This document shows, in pieces, positions 16,977 through 25,875 of a stretch of DNA of 32,000 nucleotides. This DNA comes from Pseudomonas aeruginosa. GTDB taxonomy: Bacteria; Pseudomonadota; Gammaproteobacteria; Pseudomonadales; Pseudomonadaceae. The stretch is from positions 2,070,001 to 2,102,000 of the forward strand of contig NZ_LN831024.1 in assembly GCF_001457615.1 (NCBI RefSeq). The letters are read 5' to 3'. Position numbers and translations under genes: made by a program. Positions within the stretch are counted from its first letter, which is position 1. Every line of letters starts with the position of its first letter. The notes below the pieces were generated by a model. It searched no databases. It was not told the origin of the DNA and saw only the letters and a program-made list of their open reading frames with translations.

Positions 16977-18380
16977 ATGAAAACGCCCGCCTGGACGCGC
17001 CATGCCCTCTGGGTCATGCCGCTCGCCCTGGGGCTGCAATCCGCCGTGGTCGCGGGGGATGAGCAGCCAAGCAAGACTTCCAGCTATTCGCCGGTGGTGA
17101 TCAATGAGGACTTCGCCACCATCATGAAGCGCATGACGGCGAACAAGCCGTCGATCGAACAGGCCCACAAGACGCTTCTCGAGCAGCGTTACGATCTCAG
17201 CGACAGGCCGGCCAAGGGCGCCAGCATGACGCGCGGCAAGCCGCTGCAGGAGGGGATCCGGGTGAAGCTGCCGGCCGGCACCAGCTGGGAGGAACTGGCC
17301 AGGCTGAGCCCCGAGGAAATCCGCAAGCAGGGGCTGTTCCCCGGTGGCTTCCTGCCGCTGCCGCACCCCAACCATGCCGAAGGCGGGATGGTCTTTCCCA
17401 AGTTCCTCATCGACGAGATCAAGCGCCAGGAAAGCCGCGACCTGACCCGTTTCGACCTCGACTACGACCTGCCGGACCACTTCCTGCCGGAATTCCCGGC
17501 ACCGATGTTCCTTACCACCCGGCCTGACCTGGGCGATGTGTCCAAGGGCAAGCTGGTGACCATCGACAACTATTTCGAGTTGTTCAACGGGATTCTCAAT
17601 CCCAAGCAGCTGGAAGGGCTGCGCCTGCTGCTAACGGCCTTTCCGCAGCAGCAGTTCAACCTCACCGACGATCGCCGTAGCGAGCATCCGAGCCGCGGCG
17701 TAGCCTGCTTCGACTGCCATGCGAACGGCCACACCAATGCCGCTACCCACCTGGCCGGCGACGTGCGCCCGCAGCCGTTCCGCCACCGCATCGACACGCC
17801 GACGCTGCGCGGGGTGAACATCCAGCGGTTGTTCGGCTCGCAGAGGGCGCTGAAGACCGTCGAGGACTTCACCGAGTTCGAGCAGCGCGCCGCCTACTTC
17901 GACGGTGATCCGGTAATCGCCACCAAGAAGGGGGTGAACGTGCTCGAGCGTGGCAGTCAGGTGCATTTCATGGGTGAGTTCCAGGCGCTGCTGGACTTCC
18001 CCCCGGCACCGAAGCTGGATGTGGAGGGGCGGCTCGATCCGGGCAAGGCCAGCGAGCAGGAATTGCGTGGCGAAAAGCTGTTCTACGGCAAGGCGGCCTG
18101 CGCCGGGTGCCATGCGCCGCCTTACTTCACCGACAACCTGATGCACAACCTGAAGGTGGAGCGCTTCTACGATCCGAAACTGGTCAATGGCGTGATGGCG
18201 TCCGCCGACGGGCCGATCAAGACCTTCCCGTTGCGCGGGATCAAGGATTCGCCGCCGTACCTGCACGACGACCGCCTGCTGACCCTGGAGGACACCGTGG
18301 AGTTCTTCAACCTGGTGCTGGAGCGCAAGCTGTCCGCGGAAGAGAAGGGCGACCTGGTGGCCTACCTGCGTACCCTGTGA
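16977..18380 (+). CDS. snr1: Cytochrome c family protein (Snr1-like), two CxxCH heme motifs
   Basis: 467 aa from ATG 16977; signal peptide; CFDCHANGH and CAGCHAPPYF heme sites. The snr1 name rests on recalled gene order. Confidence 0.75.
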   Translation: MKTPAWTRHALWVMPLALGLQSAVVAGDEQPSKTSSYSPVVINEDFATIMKRMTANKPSIEQAHKTLLEQRYDLSDRPAKGASMTRGKPLQEGIRVKLPAGTSWEELARLSPEEIRKQGLFPGGFLPLPHPNHAEGGMVFPKFLIDEIKRQESRDLTRFDLDYDLPDHFLPEFPAPMFLTTRPDLGDVSKGKLVTIDNYFELFNGILNPKQLEGLRLLLTAFPQQQFNLTDDRRSEHPSRGVACFDCHANGHTNAATHLAGDVRPQPFRHRIDTPTLRGVNIQRLFGSQRALKTVEDFTEFEQRAAYFDGDPVIATKKGVNVLERGSQVHFMGEFQALLDFPPAPKLDVEGRLDPGKASEQELRGEKLFYGKAACAGCHAPPYFTDNLMHNLKVERFYDPKLVNGVMASADGPIKTFPLRGIKDSPPYLHDDRLLTLEDTVEFFNLVLERKLSAEEKGDLVAYLRTL

Positions 18381-18402
18381 GAAAGGCCGAATCGCAGGTA
18401 AT

Positions 18403-18430
18403 AAAAAACCCGCCGTTGAGGCGGGTTTTT
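18403..18430. terminator. Bidirectional rho-independent terminator between snr1-like gene and tRNA-Pro
   Basis: AAAAAACCCGCC-GTTGA-GGCGGGTTTTT. Confidence 0.88.
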
Positions 18431-18437
18431 CGGGATA

Positions 18438-18514
18438 TGGTCGGAGCGACTGGATTCGAACCAGCGACCTTCTCGTCCCGAACGAGACGCGCTACCAAGC
18501 TGCGCTACGCTCCG
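18438..18514 (-). tRNA. tRNA-Pro, anticodon CGG
   Basis: Reverse complement CGGAGCGTAGCGCAGCTTGGTAGCGCGTCTCGTTCGGGACGAGAAGGTCGCTGGTTCGAATCCAGTCGCTCCGACCA folds as a 77-nt tRNA: acceptor stem CGGAGCG/CGCTCCG, anticodon loop TTCGGGA, TTCGAAT T-loop, encoded CCA. Confidence 0.97.
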
Positions 18515-18528
18515 TTTTGTTGGGGCGC

Positions 18529-18557
18529 ATTCTACAGAAAAAGTTTTGGTACACAAG
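18529..18557 (-). promoter_or_regulatory. Candidate promoter for tRNA-Pro
   Basis: Minus strand TTGTGT - about 16 nt - TAGAAT, followed by a GC-rich discriminator (GCGCCCC). Confidence 0.5.
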
Positions 18558-18607
18558 GGGTTAGATGAATTTTTTTTCGAGCCCCGGTTTCCCCGGGCGA
18601 AAAAGCA

Positions 18608-18642
18608 AAGACCCTGTCGCTCGTTCGAGTCGACGGGGTCTT
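18608..18642 (-). terminator. Probable terminator of the YgdI/YgdR-like lipoprotein gene
   Basis: AAGACCCTGTCG-loop-CGACGGGGTCTT (12-bp arms, one non-Watson-Crick pair); minus-strand downstream sequence TGCTTTTTCG. Confidence 0.7.
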
Positions 18643-18667
18643 CAGGAAAACCTGTTACGCGACGGTA

Positions 18668-18889
18668 TCAGAGTTCCTTGACGGTGCGGACCTGGTCCTT
18701 GTTCACGCGGGCGCGCTTGCCGTCGAGCTGTTCGAACTCGTAGAAGCCGGAATCCTCGTCATAGGAAGGGGTGTCTACGGCCTGGATTTCACGTCCGTCG
18801 TTGAGGGTGATCACGGTAGGGCTGGAACAACCCGCGAGGGCGCCGAGGCCTACGGCGAGGAGGAGGGCGGGTAGCATCCGCTTGATCAT
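18668..18889 (-). CDS. Small YgdI/YgdR-type lipoprotein
   Basis: 73 aa; lipobox LGALAGC; [50 protein letters not shown]. Confidence 0.88.
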   Translation of the reverse strand: MIKRMLPALLLAVGLGALAGCSSPTVITLNDGREIQAVDTPSYDEDSGFYEFEQLDGKRARVNKDQVRTVKEL

Positions 18890-19020
18890 TGCGCAGTTCT
18901 CCTGTGCGGTCAGACTTTGAAGTTACGAGTTTCTGACAGACGAGTTCTAGGAAGAGTTCCCCCCTAAAAACGAGTGTTCCCCCCACCTTCGAGAAAATTC
19001 GACTCGACGTCCCTTCCGTT

Positions 19021-19617
19021 TTACTTCAGTTCGCGGTGATTAGCCAACAGCTCGGGGGTGTTCAGGTTGGCCAGCCGCGGATCGCCCGCGGCCAGCTCGA
19101 TGGCCTCCGCGCCAAGCGGCAACAGGACGTGGCGTGGGCTACGGTCGCCCTGGCGCCAGGCGTGTTCTATCTCTTCGGCCAGGTGCGTCGGGATCAGGCT
19201 GAACAGCGGTTCCCACTGGCCGCCGCAGCGCAGCATCCAGGGGCGCGCCGGTGTGCGGCCGGCGGCCTGCAGCAGGGTTTCCAGCAAGGCGCGGTCGATG
19301 CGCGGCGCGTCGCAGGGCAGCACCAGCAGCCAGGGATGCCGGGCCACCGCCAGGCCGGCGCGGATGCCGGCGAGCGGGCCGGGGAAGTCTCGGCTGTCGT
19401 CGCTCACCAGGCGGTCGGCATAGGCCGCATAGCGTTCCTGGTTGCGGTTGCAGGAGACGATCAGGTCATCGGTGAGCGGGCGCACCAGGCGATGCAGGTG
19501 GGCGATCAGGGGCAGGCCCTGCCACTCGATCAGGCCCTTGTCGCGACCGCCCATGCGCTGGCCGCGGCCTCCCGCCAGGAGAAGGATGGAGCAGGGGGGC
19601 AGGGCGCTATCGGGCAT
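19021..19617 (-). CDS. mobA: Molybdenum cofactor guanylyltransferase MobA
   Basis: 198 aa; [29 protein letters not shown] nucleotidyltransferase signature; [10 protein letters not shown]. Confidence 0.93.
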   Translation of the reverse strand: MPDSALPPCSILLLAGGRGQRMGGRDKGLIEWQGLPLIAHLHRLVRPLTDDLIVSCNRNQERYAAYADRLVSDDSRDFPGPLAGIRAGLAVARHPWLLVLPCDAPRIDRALLETLLQAAGRTPARPWMLRCGGQWEPLFSLIPTHLAEEIEHAWRQGDRSPRHVLLPLGAEAIELAAGDPRLANLNTPELLANHRELK

Positions 19618-19683
19618 CTGGGGTCTCCGTGTCGGGCCTGTGATATAACACCGCGATCACGTCCACAAGCAAGGGCCAACCCC

Positions 19684-20223
19684 ATGAGCCACAAGGCCGA
19701 AACGGCATTCGTGCCGTTGAACATCGCCGTCCTGACCGTCAGCGATACCCGTACCCTGGAAACCGATACTTCAGGCCAGTTGTTCGTCGACCGCCTGACC
19801 GAGGCCGGGCACAACCTGGCCGCTCGCGTGCTGCTGAAGGATGACCTGTACCGGATCCGCGCACAGGTCGCGACCTGGATCGCCGAGGATAGCGTGCAGG
19901 TCGTGCTGATCACCGGCGGCACCGGTTTCACCGGCCGCGACAGCACCCCGGAAGCGGTGGCCTGCCTGCTGGACAAGCAGGTGGACGGCTTCGGCGAGCT
20001 GTTCCGGCAGATTTCGCTGGGCGACATCGGTACCTCCACCATCCAGTCGCGGGCCCTGGCCGGGCTTTCCAACGGCACCCTGGTCTGCTGCCTGCCGGGC
20101 TCCACCAACGCCTGCCGCACTGCCTGGGAAGGCATCCTCGTCGAGCAACTGGACGCCCGTCATCGCCCGTGCAACTTCGTCCCGCACCTGAAACAGGCGG
20201 CGCCCTGCGAGAGCCGCGGGTGA
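19684..20223 (+). CDS. moaB2: Molybdenum cofactor biosynthesis protein B
   Basis: MSHKAETAFVPLNIAVLTVSDTRTLETDTSGQLFVDRLTEAGH...VVLITGGTGFTGRDSTPEA...LPGSTNACRTAW. Real start 19684, inside the longer ORF. Confidence 0.92.
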   Translation: MSHKAETAFVPLNIAVLTVSDTRTLETDTSGQLFVDRLTEAGHNLAARVLLKDDLYRIRAQVATWIAEDSVQVVLITGGTGFTGRDSTPEAVACLLDKQVDGFGELFRQISLGDIGTSTIQSRALAGLSNGTLVCCLPGSTNACRTAWEGILVEQLDARHRPCNFVPHLKQAAPCESRG

Positions 20224-21437
20224 GCGGCTGCTGCGAACAGCCGGGGCTGATGCCGGTCGAGACGGCGCTGGAACGGCTCCTCGAACTGGCCGCGCAAACG
20301 CCTATCGATACGTGTGAGCAGGTGCCCCTGGAGCAGGCTGGCGGCCGCGTGCTGGCGGTCGACCTGCTGGCCGGCCTGGACCTGCCGCCGTGGCCGAACA
20401 GCGCCATGGACGGCTATGCCTTGCGCCTCGCCGACTGGAACGGCGAGCCACTGCCGGTCAGCCAGAAGATCTTTGCCGGACAGGCGCCGGAGCCGCTGCA
20501 AGCGGGTACCTGTGCGCGGATCTTCACCGGTGCGCCGCTGCCCGAAGGCGCCGATCTGGTAGAGATGCAGGAAAACGCCGAAGCGCTCGACGATGGCCGC
20601 GTGCGCTTCACCCAGCCGTTGCGCGCGGGCCAGCATGTGCGCCCGCGTGGCCAGGAAATCCGCCAGGGCGACCTGGTCCTGCCGGCCGGCACGCGCCTGC
20701 GCTCCATCGAACTGGGGTTGGCGGCTTCGCTCGGCTACGCGGCCCTGGAGGTGCGACGCAAGCCGCGGGTGGCGCTGCTGTCCACCGGCGACGAGCTGGT
20801 CGAGGCGGGCCAGCCGCTGCAGGCCGGGCAGATCTACAACAGCAACCGTCCGTTGCTCAAGGATTGGCTGCAACGCCTGGGCTGCGACGTGCTCGACGCC
20901 GGCATCCTTCCCGACGACCTGGCACGTACCCGCGAGCGCCTGGCCGGGTTGGCCGGGGTGGACCTTATCCTGTCCACTGGCGGCGTATCGGTGGGCGAGG
21001 CCGACTTCCTCGGCATGGCGCTGCGCGAAGCCGGCGAGCTGACCCTCTGGAAGCTGGCGATAAAACCCGGCAAGCCGCTGACCGTCGGCCAGTTCCAGGG
21101 CATCCCGGTGATCGGCCTGCCGGGCAATCCGGCTTCGACCCTGGTCACCTTCGCCCTGCTGGCGCGTCCCTACCTGCTGCGCCGGCTTGGTGTGGCGCAG
21201 GTCGCGCCGCTGCGGGTGGAGGTACCGGCCGGCTTTGCCTGGACCAAGGCGGGGCAGCGTCGCGAGTACCTGCGTGGTCGCCTGGAGCAGGGCCGCGCGG
21301 TGCTCTATCCGAACCAGAGTTCCGGGGTACTGCGCAGCGCTTCCTGGGCCGAGGGGCTGGTGGAGGTCCGCGAGGGACGTACCCTCGTGGAAGGCGAGGG
21401 CGTGGCGTTCATTCCGCTGAGCGAACTGCTCGATTGA
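20220..21437 (+). CDS. moeA2: Molybdopterin molybdenumtransferase MoeA
   Basis: GTG start at 20220 overlaps the moaB2 stop (GTGA); LPPWPNSAMDGYALR, GQIYNSNRPLL, LSTGGVSVGEADF, GLPGNPASTLVTF motifs. Confidence 0.92.
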   Translation: MSGCCEQPGLMPVETALERLLELAAQTPIDTCEQVPLEQAGGRVLAVDLLAGLDLPPWPNSAMDGYALRLADWNGEPLPVSQKIFAGQAPEPLQAGTCARIFTGAPLPEGADLVEMQENAEALDDGRVRFTQPLRAGQHVRPRGQEIRQGDLVLPAGTRLRSIELGLAASLGYAALEVRRKPRVALLSTGDELVEAGQPLQAGQIYNSNRPLLKDWLQRLGCDVLDAGILPDDLARTRERLAGLAGVDLILSTGGVSVGEADFLGMALREAGELTLWKLAIKPGKPLTVGQFQGIPVIGLPGNPASTLVTFALLARPYLLRRLGVAQVAPLRVEVPAGFAWTKAGQRREYLRGRLEQGRAVLYPNQSSGVLRSASWAEGLVEVREGRTLVEGEGVAFIPLSELLD

Positions 21438-21465
21438 GCCGACGGCGGCCGGATGGCCGCCGTTC

Positions 21466-22497
21466 TCATTGCGCCGCCGGCTCCTTGCGCCGTTGCCGGT
21501 ACTCGCCGGGCGTCTGCCCGGTCCAACCCTTGAAACTGCGATGGAACGAGCGCGACTCGGTAAAGCCCAGGTACTGGGCGATGTCCTGGATCGGCAGCTC
21601 GCTATGCAGCAGGTAGTGCTCGGCCAGTTCGCGGCGCAGTTCGTCGAGGGTCTGCTGGTAGCTGCTGCCGGCTTGCTGCAGGTGGCGTTGCAGGGTGCGT
21701 ACGGTCATGCCGAACTTCTCCGCCACCCGTTCCTTGCGCGGCAGGCCGTCCTTGAGTAGCTGGCGCAGGGCGTTCTTCACCCGCAGCGGCAGCGGCTCGT
21801 CATCGTCCAGCTCGGCCATCAGCGCCAGGGCATGTTCCTCCAGAGTGCGCAGCAGCGTCGCGTCGGCCTGGCGCAGCGGCAGCGCCAGGTAGTCCAGCGG
21901 TACCAGCAGCGCCGAACAGGGTTGGGCGAAGCGTACCGGACAGCCGAAGAAGGTCTCGTAGTCTTCCACGCGGGTTCCGTCCGGCAGGTCGTGTTCCAGC
22001 CAGACCTCGTCCGGCGAACCTTCCAGGTCGGCGATCCAGCGCGCGTAGAGGACCCAGGAAGCCAGGACGTGCTCGACCATGTGGCGCCGTACCAGGGGTG
22101 TCTGGTGGCGGCAGTTCCAGATCAGCCGGACCTGCCCGCCGGCCGCCTCGATGCGGCTGGTGCCCATGTCGCCGACCAGCTTCTCGTAGGGCGTGATGCG
22201 GCTCATGGCCTCGCCCAGGGTGGCGCAGTTCATCGCGATGTAGCCGAGCACGCTCCAGGAGCCGGGCTGGACGAAACGCGCCGAATGCAGGCCGAACAGG
22301 GGATCGCCGGAATGCTCGCAGAAATAGCCGAGCAGGCGCTCGTGGGCTTCGCCCGGCAGGCGCTGGCGATTGTCGTTGAGCTGGTCGGCCTGGAGGCCGG
22401 CGGCGGCCAGGGCAGGGGCGATGTCCAGGCCGAGCCGTTCGGCATGGCGCAGGTATTTCAGCAGGGCCGGAACCGAGGTGGAGCCAAGGGTCTGCAT
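21466..22497 (-). CDS. AraC family transcriptional regulator (Arabinose_bd-type N-terminal domain)
   Basis: 343 aa; C-terminal AEKFGMTVRTLQRHLQQAGSSYQQTLDELRRELAEHYLLHSELPIQDIAQYLGFTESRSFHRSFKGWTGQTPGEYR HTH. Confidence 0.93.
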   Translation of the reverse strand: MQTLGSTSVPALLKYLRHAERLGLDIAPALAAAGLQADQLNDNRQRLPGEAHERLLGYFCEHSGDPLFGLHSARFVQPGSWSVLGYIAMNCATLGEAMSRITPYEKLVGDMGTSRIEAAGGQVRLIWNCRHQTPLVRRHMVEHVLASWVLYARWIADLEGSPDEVWLEHDLPDGTRVEDYETFFGCPVRFAQPCSALLVPLDYLALPLRQADATLLRTLEEHALALMAELDDDEPLPLRVKNALRQLLKDGLPRKERVAEKFGMTVRTLQRHLQQAGSSYQQTLDELRRELAEHYLLHSELPIQDIAQYLGFTESRSFHRSFKGWTGQTPGEYRQRRKEPAAQ

Positions 22498-22588
22498 GGT
22501 CGTTGTTCTTGTCGTGGCGGGTGGAACAGGCCGTCCGGCGTGCGTGCCGGCTGTCTTGATCGGTCACAGGGAGTGTCTCGATCCGACA

Positions 22589-22616
22589 GTGACAGGCGAG
22601 GGCGGCTGGCTAGTAT
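22589..22616 (+). promoter_or_regulatory. Candidate promoter of the AGPS-like gene cluster
   Basis: GTGACA (22589-22594), 16-nt spacer, TAGTAT (22611-22616), within the 176-bp divergent intergenic region. Confidence 0.45.
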
Positions 22617-22673
22617 AGGCAGCCAGAAAGGTTCCGATAAACAGGTTGCCGCGACAAGCGAGGGGAGAGGTTC

Positions 22674-24269
22674 ATGCGCCGTTGGAATGGCTGGGGCGAA
22701 GAAAGCACCGTGGTCGAATTGCCGGACAGCGCCCGTGGGTTCCTGGCGGAACTGGTCGGGCAGGGCGCACGCTTGCCGGACGCCAGCCTGGAGGCGGCGC
22801 TGGCGAAGGTCCCGGCGTCGCGCCTGGAGGCCGATCCGCGCTACAGCATCGACCCCCGTGAGCGTCTGCTGCATGCCCGCGGGCAGAGCCTGCCGGACTG
22901 GCTGGCGATGCGCGAGGGCGACTTCGGCGTCTACCCGGACGCCGTGGCCTATCCGGAAACCGCCGAACAGATCCGCGAGTTGCTGGCCCTGGCCGACTCC
23001 CGCGACCTGCAACTGATTCCCTATGGCGGCGGTACTTCCGTGGCCGGCCATATCAATCCGCAAGCCTCGCGGCGGCCGGTACTGACGGTCTCGCTGGAGC
23101 GCATGAACCGCCTGCTCGATCTGGACCGCGAGAGCCTGGTCGCGACCTTCGGCCCCGGCGCCGCCGGCCCGCAGGTGGAGAGCCAGTTGCGTGCGCTGGG
23201 CTACACGCTCGGGCATTTCCCGCAGTCCTGGGAGTTGTCGACCCTTGGTGGCTGGGTCGCCAGCCGCTCCAGTGGCCAGCAGTCGCTGCGCTACGGGCGG
23301 ATCGAACAACTTTTCGCCGGCGGGACCCTGGAGACCTTCGCCGGGCCGCTTGAAATCGCTACCTTCCCGGCATCCGCGGCGGGACCGGACCTGCGCGAAC
23401 TGGTGCTGGGCTCTGAGGGACGCTTCGGGATCATTTCCTCGGTGAAGGTGCGGGTCTCGCCGCTGGCCGAGGACGAGCGCTTCTACAGCGTCTTCCTGCC
23501 GAACTGGCAGCAGGCCCTGCAAGCCACCCGCGAGCTGGCCCAGGCGCGCGTGCCGCTGTCGATGCTGCGACTGTCCAACGCCGTGGAAACCATGACCCAA
23601 CTGGCCCTGGCCGGCCATCCCGGACAGATCGCCTGGCTGGAGAAATACCTGGCGCTGCGCGGCGCGGGCGAGGGCAAGTGCATGCTGACCTTCGGCGTGA
23701 CCGGCAACCGCCGGCAGAACGGATTGTCGCTGAGCCAGGCGAAGGCCTTGCTGAAACGCTTCGGCGGGGTCTTCACCGGCACCCTGCTGGGGCGCAAGTG
23801 GGCGCAGAACCGCTTCCGCTTCCCCTACCTGCGCGAGGCCCTGTGGCAGGCGGGCTACGCCGTGGACACCCTGGAGACCGCCACCGACTGGAGCAACGTC
23901 GACGGCCTGCTGCAGAAGATCGAGGCCAGCCTGCGAGACGGCCTGGCCGCCGAGGGCGAGAAAGTCCATGTGTTCACCCACCTCTCGCATGTCTATGGCG
24001 AGGGGTCGAGCATCTATACCACCTACGTGTTCCGTCCGGCCGCGAGCTATGCGGCGACGCTGGAGCGCTGGAAGCGTCTCAAGCATGCGGCCAGCCAGGC
24101 GATCGTCGACAATCGTGGCACCATCAGCCACCAGCATGGCGTCGGCAAGGACCACGCACCCTACCTGCCCCGCGAGAAGGGCGAACTGGGCGTCGCCGCG
24201 CTGCGTGCCATGGCCGGTCACTTCGACCCGGCCGGGCGGCTCAACCGCGGCACCCTGCTGCAGGACTGA
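22674..24269 (+). CDS. FAD-linked oxidase related to alkyldihydroxyacetonephosphate synthase (AGPS/GlcD superfamily)
   Basis: 531 aa; GWGEEST, LIPYGGGTSVAGHINPQ, GHFPQSWELSTLGGWVASRSSGQQSLRYGRIEQLF, LVLGSEGRFGIISSVKVRV, GTISHQHGVGKDHAPYL, matching AGPS motif order. Confidence 0.83.
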   Translation: MRRWNGWGEESTVVELPDSARGFLAELVGQGARLPDASLEAALAKVPASRLEADPRYSIDPRERLLHARGQSLPDWLAMREGDFGVYPDAVAYPETAEQIRELLALADSRDLQLIPYGGGTSVAGHINPQASRRPVLTVSLERMNRLLDLDRESLVATFGPGAAGPQVESQLRALGYTLGHFPQSWELSTLGGWVASRSSGQQSLRYGRIEQLFAGGTLETFAGPLEIATFPASAAGPDLRELVLGSEGRFGIISSVKVRVSPLAEDERFYSVFLPNWQQALQATRELAQARVPLSMLRLSNAVETMTQLALAGHPGQIAWLEKYLALRGAGEGKCMLTFGVTGNRRQNGLSLSQAKALLKRFGGVFTGTLLGRKWAQNRFRFPYLREALWQAGYAVDTLETATDWSNVDGLLQKIEASLRDGLAAEGEKVHVFTHLSHVYGEGSSIYTTYVFRPAASYAATLERWKRLKHAASQAIVDNRGTISHQHGVGKDHAPYLPREKGELGVAALRAMAGHFDPAGRLNRGTLLQD

Positions 24270-24274
24270 GCGGA

Positions 24275-25855
24275 ATGACTTCAGCCTGGAACGAGGAGTG
24301 GCGTCGCCGCCGCCTGCCGGCGCTGGCGGGGCAGGAGTGGGACCTGATCGTGGTCGGCGGCGGCATCAGCGGTGCCGGCATCCTCCGCGAAGCCGCGCGG
24401 CGCGGCTGGCGCTGCCTGCTGCTGGAGCAGCGGGACTTCGCCTGGGGCACCTCGAGCCGCTCGTCGAAGATGGTCCATGGCGGCCTGCGCTACATCGCCA
24501 AGGGCCAGTGGCGGCTGACCCGCGACTCGGTGCGCGAGCGCCAGCGCCTGCTCGGCGAGGCGCCTGGGCTGGTGGAGCCGTTGAGCTTCGTGATGGCCCA
24601 CTACCGCGGCGGCTTTCCCGGCCCGCGGCTATTCGGCGGCCTGCTGAGCGTGTACGACGCCCTTGCCGGGCGGCGCAACCACCGTTTCTACGACGCCGCC
24701 GCGTTGCGCTACCTGGCGCCGGGCCTGAAGGAACAACGGCTGCTCGGCGGCACGCGATTCTTCGATGCGGTGACCGACGATGCGCGCCTGGTGCTGCGGG
24801 TGCTGGCCGAGGCGCGTCACGACGGCGGCGAGGCATTCAACGGCATGCGTGTGCGCGAATTGCTGCGCGAGGGCGGCCAGGTGGTCGGCCTGCGCGCCGA
24901 GGACCGCGAGAGCGGCGAGCTTTTCGACTTTCGCTGCCGCGCCCTGGCGCTGGCCACCGGGGCCTGGGCCGATGAGTTGCGCCAGCCCGGCGGAAGCGAG
25001 CACATCCGCCCGCTGCGCGGCAGCCATCTATTGCTGCCGGCCTGGCGCCTGCCGGTGGCCCATGCCTTCAGCTTCATGCACGCCACGGACCGGCGACCGG
25101 TGTTCGTGTTCCCCTGGGAGGGCGCGACGGTGGTCGGCACCACCGATCTCGACCATCGCGACGGCCTTGGGGAGGACGCGCGGATCAGCCGCGCCGAACT
25201 CGACTACCTGCTGGCGGCCTGCGCCCAGCAGTTTCCCGCCGCTGCCATCGAGGCGCGCGACGTGCTGTCGACCTGGGCCGGCGTGCGACCGGTGGTCAGC
25301 AGCGGCGACGACAGCGGCAAGCCTTCCGACGAGAAACGCGAGCATGTGCTCTGGCGCGAGCCGGGCTGCGTGACCCTGGCCGGCGGCAAGCTGACCACCT
25401 TCCGGCCGCTGGCGGTGGAGGTGCTACAAGCCTGCGCGCCGCTGCTCGGGCGCACGGTCACGGACGATGACGCGGCGGTGTTCGGCGCCTGCGAAGGCCC
25501 GCTCATCGACGGGCTCGGCAGCGGCCAGCGACGCCGCCTGGCCGGTCGCTACGGACGCGACCTGGTCCGCCTCAAGCGGCTGGTGGACACCCTCGGAACG
25601 GACTGCGTGGGTGCCAGCGAAACGCTCTGGGCCGAACTGGCGTTCGCCGCCGAGGCGGAAATGGTGCTGCATCTCGATGACCTGCTGTTGCGCCGCACCC
25701 GCCTCGGCCTGCTGTTGCCCGGAGGCGGCGCGGCATACCTGCCGCGTATCCGCGCGCTCTGCCAAGCGCGCCTGGGCTGGGACGACCCGCGCTGGGAACG
25801 TGAGCAACAGGCCTATCTGGACCTCTGGCGCCGGCACTACAGCCTGCCCGTCTGA
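24275..25855 (+). CDS. FAD-dependent glycerol-3-phosphate dehydrogenase-like protein (GlpD family)
   Basis: 526 aa from ATG 24275; WDLIVVGGGISGAGILREAARRGWRCLLLEQRDFAWGTSSRSSKMVHGGLRYI; VPVAHAFSFMHATDRRPVFVFPWEGATVVGTTDLDH-type motif. Confidence 0.88.
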   Translation: MTSAWNEEWRRRRLPALAGQEWDLIVVGGGISGAGILREAARRGWRCLLLEQRDFAWGTSSRSSKMVHGGLRYIAKGQWRLTRDSVRERQRLLGEAPGLVEPLSFVMAHYRGGFPGPRLFGGLLSVYDALAGRRNHRFYDAAALRYLAPGLKEQRLLGGTRFFDAVTDDARLVLRVLAEARHDGGEAFNGMRVRELLREGGQVVGLRAEDRESGELFDFRCRALALATGAWADELRQPGGSEHIRPLRGSHLLLPAWRLPVAHAFSFMHATDRRPVFVFPWEGATVVGTTDLDHRDGLGEDARISRAELDYLLAACAQQFPAAAIEARDVLSTWAGVRPVVSSGDDSGKPSDEKREHVLWREPGCVTLAGGKLTTFRPLAVEVLQACAPLLGRTVTDDDAAVFGACEGPLIDGLGSGQRRRLAGRYGRDLVRLKRLVDTLGTDCVGASETLWAELAFAAEAEMVLHLDDLLLRRTRLGLLLPGGGAAYLPRIRALCQARLGWDDPRWEREQQAYLDLWRRHYSLPV

Positions 25856-25875
25856 CCAGCCGAGACGAGAACGAG

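Noticed and set aside
19036-19683. N-terminal part of the 395-aa ORF ending in MoaB2, antisense to mobA
   Set aside because: MoaB starts at MSHKAETAFVPLN (19684); the upstream part is antisense translation of mobA.
22458-24221. 587-aa minus-strand ORF opposite the AGPS-like gene
   Set aside because: High-GC antisense shadow ORF; composition is H/Q/R/G-rich without recognisable motifs, while the plus-strand ORF has clear conserved motifs.
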